From contig JACCZA010000045.1 in NCBI GenBank assembly GCA_013696185.1, positions 1 to 25,526 on the forward strand: 25,526 nt of DNA, given 5' to 3'. This DNA comes from Actinomycetota bacterium (lineage in GTDB: Bacteria > Actinomycetota > Thermoleophilia > Gaiellales > Gaiellaceae). Positions 21,211-25,526 of this stretch are shown here, piece by piece (position 1 is the stretch's first letter; every line of letters begins with the position of its first letter). A program made the translations under genes and the position numbers. Below the pieces are notes generated by a model. It searched no databases. It saw only the letters and a list, made by a program, of their open reading frames with translations, and was not told where the DNA came from.

Positions 21211-21259
21211 CGCCGGGCGGAGCGGGCTCTCCCGGCGCCCCCTCGCGCCGTGCCTCCCG

Positions 21260-21394
21260 ATGAAGCGCACCTACCAGCCCAACGTCCGCCGCCGGAAGCG
21301 TCGCCACGGCTTCCGTGCCCGCATGGCGACGAAGGCCGGACGGGTGATCCTCAAGCGCCGCCGCGCCAAGGGCCGCAAGCGGCTCTCGGCCTGA
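21260..21394 (+). CDS. rpmH: 50S ribosomal protein L34 (44 aa)
   Basis: [44 protein letters not shown]. Confidence 0.98.
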   Translation: MKRTYQPNVRRRKRRHGFRARMATKAGRVILKRRRAKGRKRLSA

Positions 21395-21415
21395 GTAGCG
21401 CCGGAGGAAGCCCAC

Positions 21416-21763
21416 GTGCAGCGCCGGCACCGCCTGTCTCGCTCCCGCGACTTCGATGCCGTCTACCGGCACGGCCGCTCCACCTCGACGCGCTCGCTCG
21501 TCCTCTACTGGTTCCGCCGGGACGAGGACGAGGTGGAGCCTCGGCTCGGGCTGGCGGTGCCGAGAGCGACGGGCTCGGCAGTCGTGCGGAACAGGATCAA
21601 GCGCCAGCTGCGCGAGGCGTGGCGAGCGCAGCGGGAGACGATCCCGCCGGGGTTCGACTACGTGCTGATCGCCCGCCCGGGCCTGCCGGAGTCCGTCGAG
21701 GCGCGCGGGTACGCGTGGCTGGAGGAGCGCCTCGCAGAGGTGCTCTCGAAGGCGCGCGCGTGA
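21416..21763 (+). CDS. rnpA: Ribonuclease P protein component
   Basis: RLSRSRDFDAVYRHG, PRLGLAV and SAVVRNRIKRQLREAWR (RNR motif). Confidence 0.95.
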   Translation: MQRRHRLSRSRDFDAVYRHGRSTSTRSLVLYWFRRDEDEVEPRLGLAVPRATGSAVVRNRIKRQLREAWRAQRETIPPGFDYVLIARPGLPESVEARGYAWLEERLAEVLSKARA

Positions 21764-22020
21764 GCGGCGTCCTGCGCCTGCCGGTGCTCGGGCTGCTGCG
21801 CCTCTACCAGCTCCTCGTCAGCCCGCTGACGCCGCCCGGCTCCTGCAAGTACCACCCGTCCTGCTCGCAGTACGCGCTCGAGGCGGTCAGGCGCTACGGC
21901 GTCCTGCGCGGCGGCACGCTCGCGCTCTGGCGCCTCGCGCGCTGCAATCCGTGGAGCCACGGCGGCGTCGATCGCGCCGAGGATCAGCGGCTCTTCCGCA
22001 CGGGGCGGGCCCGGTCGTGA
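21760..22020 (+). CDS. yidD: Membrane protein insertion efficiency factor YidD (86 aa)
   Basis: GTG 21760 overlaps the rnpA stop. Sequence LYQLLVSPLTPPGSCKYHPSCSQYALEAVRRYG..RLARCNPWSHGGVD. Confidence 0.95.
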   Translation: MSGVLRLPVLGLLRLYQLLVSPLTPPGSCKYHPSCSQYALEAVRRYGVLRGGTLALWRLARCNPWSHGGVDRAEDQRLFRTGRARS

Positions 22021-22847
22021 TCGTCGCCAGCGTGCTCGGCCCCCTCGAGGACATCCTCGAGACAGTCCTGCGCTTCCTCCATTCGTCGGTCGGGCTCCCC
22101 TGGGCCTGGTCGATCGTCGCCCTCACCGTGCTCGTGCGGATCCTGCTCGTGCCGCTCACGGTGCGCCAGATCCACTCGATGCAGAACCTCCAGCGGCACG
22201 CGCCCCAGATGAAGGAGCTCCAGCGCAAGCACAAGGGCGACCGCCAGAAGCTGAACGAGGAGATGATGAAGTTCTACAAGGAGAACCGCATCAACCCTGC
22301 GGCCTCCTGCCTGCCCCTCGTGGCGCAGTTCCCGGTCTTCATCTCGCTCTTCTTCGTCCTGCGCGACTTCGAGAAGACGATCCTGCCGGACTTCCCGACC
22401 GCGGAGCTCGGCTGGCTCCACGTCGTGCCGAACATCACCGCAGACGCGAACTCGCACTGGTCGGGCTACCTGCTCCTCGCCATCTATGCGATCAGCCAGA
22501 CGACCTCGACGCTGCTGATGTCGACCACGATGGAGCGGACGCAGCGGATCCTGCTGCTGATCCTGCCGCTCGCCTTCCTCTTCTTCGTCCTCAACTTTCC
22601 AGCGGGTCTCGTCCTCTACTGGGTCACCACCAACCTGTGGACGACGGGGCAGGGCCTGGTGACCCGCCGCCTGATGCCGAAGCCGATCGAGCCGCCCAAG
22701 CGCTCCTCCCGCACGCCCGAGCAGGCCCCGCCCACGCCGGCGCAGCCGAAGGGAGGGAAGGCGGTTCCCGCCGCGGGCGCCAAGGCGGCGACCGCCCCGC
22801 GCCAGCCTCCGCGCCGGGTCAAGCGCAAGCGGGGCGCGCGGAGGTGA
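22017..22847 (+). CDS. yidC: Membrane protein insertase YidC/Oxa1, short form with basic C-tail (276 aa)
   Basis: GTG 22017 overlaps the yidD stop. Motifs WAWSIVALTVLVRILLVPL, APQMKELQRKHKGDRQKLNEEMMKFYKE, CLPLVAQFPVF and GLVLYWVTTNLWT. Confidence 0.95.
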   Translation: MIVASVLGPLEDILETVLRFLHSSVGLPWAWSIVALTVLVRILLVPLTVRQIHSMQNLQRHAPQMKELQRKHKGDRQKLNEEMMKFYKENRINPAASCLPLVAQFPVFISLFFVLRDFEKTILPDFPTAELGWLHVVPNITADANSHWSGYLLLAIYAISQTTSTLLMSTTMERTQRILLLILPLAFLFFVLNFPAGLVLYWVTTNLWTTGQGLVTRRLMPKPIEPPKRSSRTPEQAPPTPAQPKGGKAVPAAGAKAATAPRQPPRRVKRKRGARR

Positions 22848-23548
22848 CCGGGGAGGTCGAGGTCGAGGCGACCGGGGAGACGGTCGGCGAGGCCAAGTGG
22901 ATCGCCCTGCGTGAGCTCGAGCGCCGCAGCCCCGGGCTGGACAAGGCCGCCGTCCAGTTCGAGGTCGTCTCGGAGGGTGAGCGCGGCCTGCTCGGCGTCG
23001 GCTACGCGCCGGCCCGCGTGATCGCCTCGGTGGAGGCCGCGGAAGCCGTCCTGTCGGAGGATCCCGCCCACCCGGAGTCGCACACCGAGGGCTCGCTGGC
23101 CGCGGAGGCCCGCGACCTCGTGGGGCTGATCGCCCGCGGCATCGGCGTCCCGTGCGCGGTTCGCGTCAGCGAGGACGAGGCGACGGTGCTCGTCGAGTGC
23201 ACGGGCCGTGAACTCGGCTCCCTGATCGGGAAGCACGGGCAGACGATCGACGCCGTCCAGTATCTGGTCAACGCGATCGTCGCCCGGTCGCACGGCGACG
23301 AGGGCCGCAAGGACGTCGTGGTCGATGCCGCCGGCTACCGGGAGCGCCGGCGGGTCACGCTGGAGGCCCTCGCGCTCCAGGCTGCCGAGCGCGCGCTCGC
23401 CGAGCGCTCCGCGGTCGCCCTCGAGTCGATGACGGCTGTCGAGCGGAAGGTCGTGCACCTGCGGTTGAAGGAGCACCCGGGCATCGTGACGACGAGCGAG
23501 GGCACCGAGCCCAACCGCCACGTCGTCGTCGCGCTCGCAGGTGCGTAG
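22844..23548 (+). CDS. jag: Jag/EloR/KhpB RNA-binding protein (Jag_N + KH + R3H; 234 aa)
   Basis: GTG 22844. Jag_N-like VEVEATGETVGEA..EVVSEGERGLLG, KH LIGKHGQTIDAVQYL and R3H MTAVERKVVH. Confidence 0.93.
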   Translation: MTGEVEVEATGETVGEAKWIALRELERRSPGLDKAAVQFEVVSEGERGLLGVGYAPARVIASVEAAEAVLSEDPAHPESHTEGSLAAEARDLVGLIARGIGVPCAVRVSEDEATVLVECTGRELGSLIGKHGQTIDAVQYLVNAIVARSHGDEGRKDVVVDAAGYRERRRVTLEALALQAAERALAERSAVALESMTAVERKVVHLRLKEHPGIVTTSEGTEPNRHVVVALAGA

Positions 23549-24149
23549 AGGGTGCGCCTCGGCTGACCCGAGGCTCGAGCGCTGGCTCGATGCGCTGCTG
23601 CGGACGCCTGGACTGACGGGGATCCGCGACCGGGGCGAGGCCCGGCGGGTGCACGTGACCGAGAGCCTGGCGGGTGCGGAGCTCGTCCGCAGCTTCGGCG
23701 GCCCCGTCGTCGATGTCGGCTCCGGTGGAGGGGCGCCCGGCCTCCCGCTCGCGGCGGCGCTGCCGGAGCTCGAGGTGACGCTGCTCGAGGCGAACGGGCG
23801 CAAGTGCGCGTTCCTCGAGCTCGCCGCGCACGACTTCCCGAACGTGCGCGTGCTGAACGGTCGCGCCGAGGAGCAGGGGGTCGACGGCTACGCCGTCGCC
23901 GTGGCGAAGGCGCTTGCGCCCCCGGTGGTTGCAGTCGAGTGGTGCCTGCCGCTCGTCCGCCCGGACGGCGCAGCCATCCTCTGGGTCGGGCCGAGCGCCG
24001 AGCCGGGTCGGGTGGCGCGGGTCGCCGAGCAGCTCGGCGGGCGGTTGCAGCCCTCGCCTGCGGGGTTCCTCGTGCTCCGCAAGTGCGGCCCGACGCCGGC
24101 GGGCTTCCCGCGCCGCCCGGGCGTGGCCCGGAAGCGTCCGCTCGCCTGA
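23541..24149 (+). CDS. rsmG: 16S rRNA m7G527 methyltransferase RsmG (GidB)
   Basis: HVTESL, VDVGSGGGAPGLPLA, LLEANGRKCAFLE, GRAEE and GVARKRPL; canonical jag-parA position. Confidence 0.92.
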   Translation: MRRGCASADPRLERWLDALLRTPGLTGIRDRGEARRVHVTESLAGAELVRSFGGPVVDVGSGGGAPGLPLAAALPELEVTLLEANGRKCAFLELAAHDFPNVRVLNGRAEEQGVDGYAVAVAKALAPPVVAVEWCLPLVRPDGAAILWVGPSAEPGRVARVAEQLGGRLQPSPAGFLVLRKCGPTPAGFPRRPGVARKRPLA

Positions 24150-24150
24150 C

Positions 24151-24156
24151 TACATT
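24151..24156 (+). promoter_or_regulatory. Putative -10 hexamer TACATT of a leaderless parAB promoter
   Basis: TACATT is followed by 6 nt and then GTG 24163; no SD. Confidence 0.55.
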
Positions 24157-24162
24157 CGGGGC

Positions 24163-24913
<751 letters not shown>

Positions 24914-24921
<8 letters not shown>

Positions 24922-25526
24922 GGAGGAGGGCCGCCGCCGCGGCCTCGGGCGTGGGCTGGAGGTGCTGTTCGGCGGCCTCGGCGAGGGGCAGGAGCTGGCC
25001 CACCTGCCGGTCGAGTCGATCCATCCCAACGGCCGGCAGCCGCGCCGCCGGTTCGAGCCCGAGGCGACCGCCGGCCTCGCCGACTCGATCCGGGCGCAGG
25101 GCGTTCTGCAGCCGGTGATCGTGCGACCCCGAGGGTCGGGCGGCTTCGAGCTGATCGCCGGCGAGCGCCGCTGGCGCGCCGCCCGCGAGGCGGGATCAGC
25201 GACCGTGCCGGCGCTGATCCGGGCGGCCGACGACCGCAGCTCGCTGCTCCTGGCGCTCGTCGAGAACGTCGCCCGCGAGCAGCTCTCCCCGCACGAGGAA
25301 GCGCGCGCCTACGCGGTCCTGATCGACGAGTTCGGCCTCTCGCTGGGGGAGGTCGCAGATCGTGTCGGTCGCTCGAAGCCGAGCGTGTCGAACCGGGTGC
25401 GCCTGCTCGAGCTCCCTGCGGACGTCCTCGCGCTCCTCGACGACCCGCGCTTCACCGAGGGGCACGCGTGCGCCGTCCTGGCCGTGCCCGACCACGAGCA
25501 GCGCCGCCTTCTGGCGCGGCGGATCG
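24914..25526 (+). CDS. parB: Chromosome partitioning protein ParB/Spo0J (partial, runs off the window)
   Basis: Not in the ORF track; translated by hand from GTG 24914. It reads RRRGLGRGLEVL, QPRRRF, GVLQPVIVRP, ELIAGERRWRAA (CTPase box), ALVENVAREQL and HTH GRSKPSVSNRVRLL. Confidence 0.96.

Noticed and set aside
20959-21270. N-terminal extension of the dnaA ORF (551-aa version)
   Set aside because: It is low-complexity, overlaps the rpmH start and covers the divergent promoters and DnaA boxes. DnaA homology begins near 20958.

Overview
This window holds the replication-origin region of a very GC-rich bacterium (above 70% by eye, not computed). It is most likely a deep-branching Actinomycetota such as Thermoleophilia/Gaiellales; this is inferred from gene order, absence of mnmE/mnmG, presence of LigD, a split AccA/AccD and a Jag_N-containing Jag. 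Right part: parB(partial)-parA-rsmG-jag-yidC-yidD-rnpA-rpmH on +, divergent from dnaA-[oriC]-dnaN-recF-dciA-gyrB-gyrA on -. Left part: a GalT-family gene converging on gyrA, a secreted PGRP-type amidase with an 18-proline linker, then a minus-strand run fabZ-fabH-fabD-fabG-fabF-HAD hydrolase-(GNAT remnant)-zinc-ribbon arginase-like protein-accD-accA, followed by ligD (partial). I saw no tRNA, rRNA, CRISPR array or mobile element. Best leads: (1) an arginase-fold protein with an N-terminal Cys4 ribbon and a rewired active site, embedded in the fatty-acid/ACC cluster next to a HAD and a GNAT relic; (2) a ParB whose parS-reading residues are changed, with no canonical parS seen near oriC; (3) a DnaA-box cluster about 19 kb from oriC, upstream of ligD; (4) a terminator-like 5' hairpin plus U-tract directly before the gyrB ATG; (5) a candidate leaderless sORF coupled to fabZ. 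All calls were made by eye without database searches.
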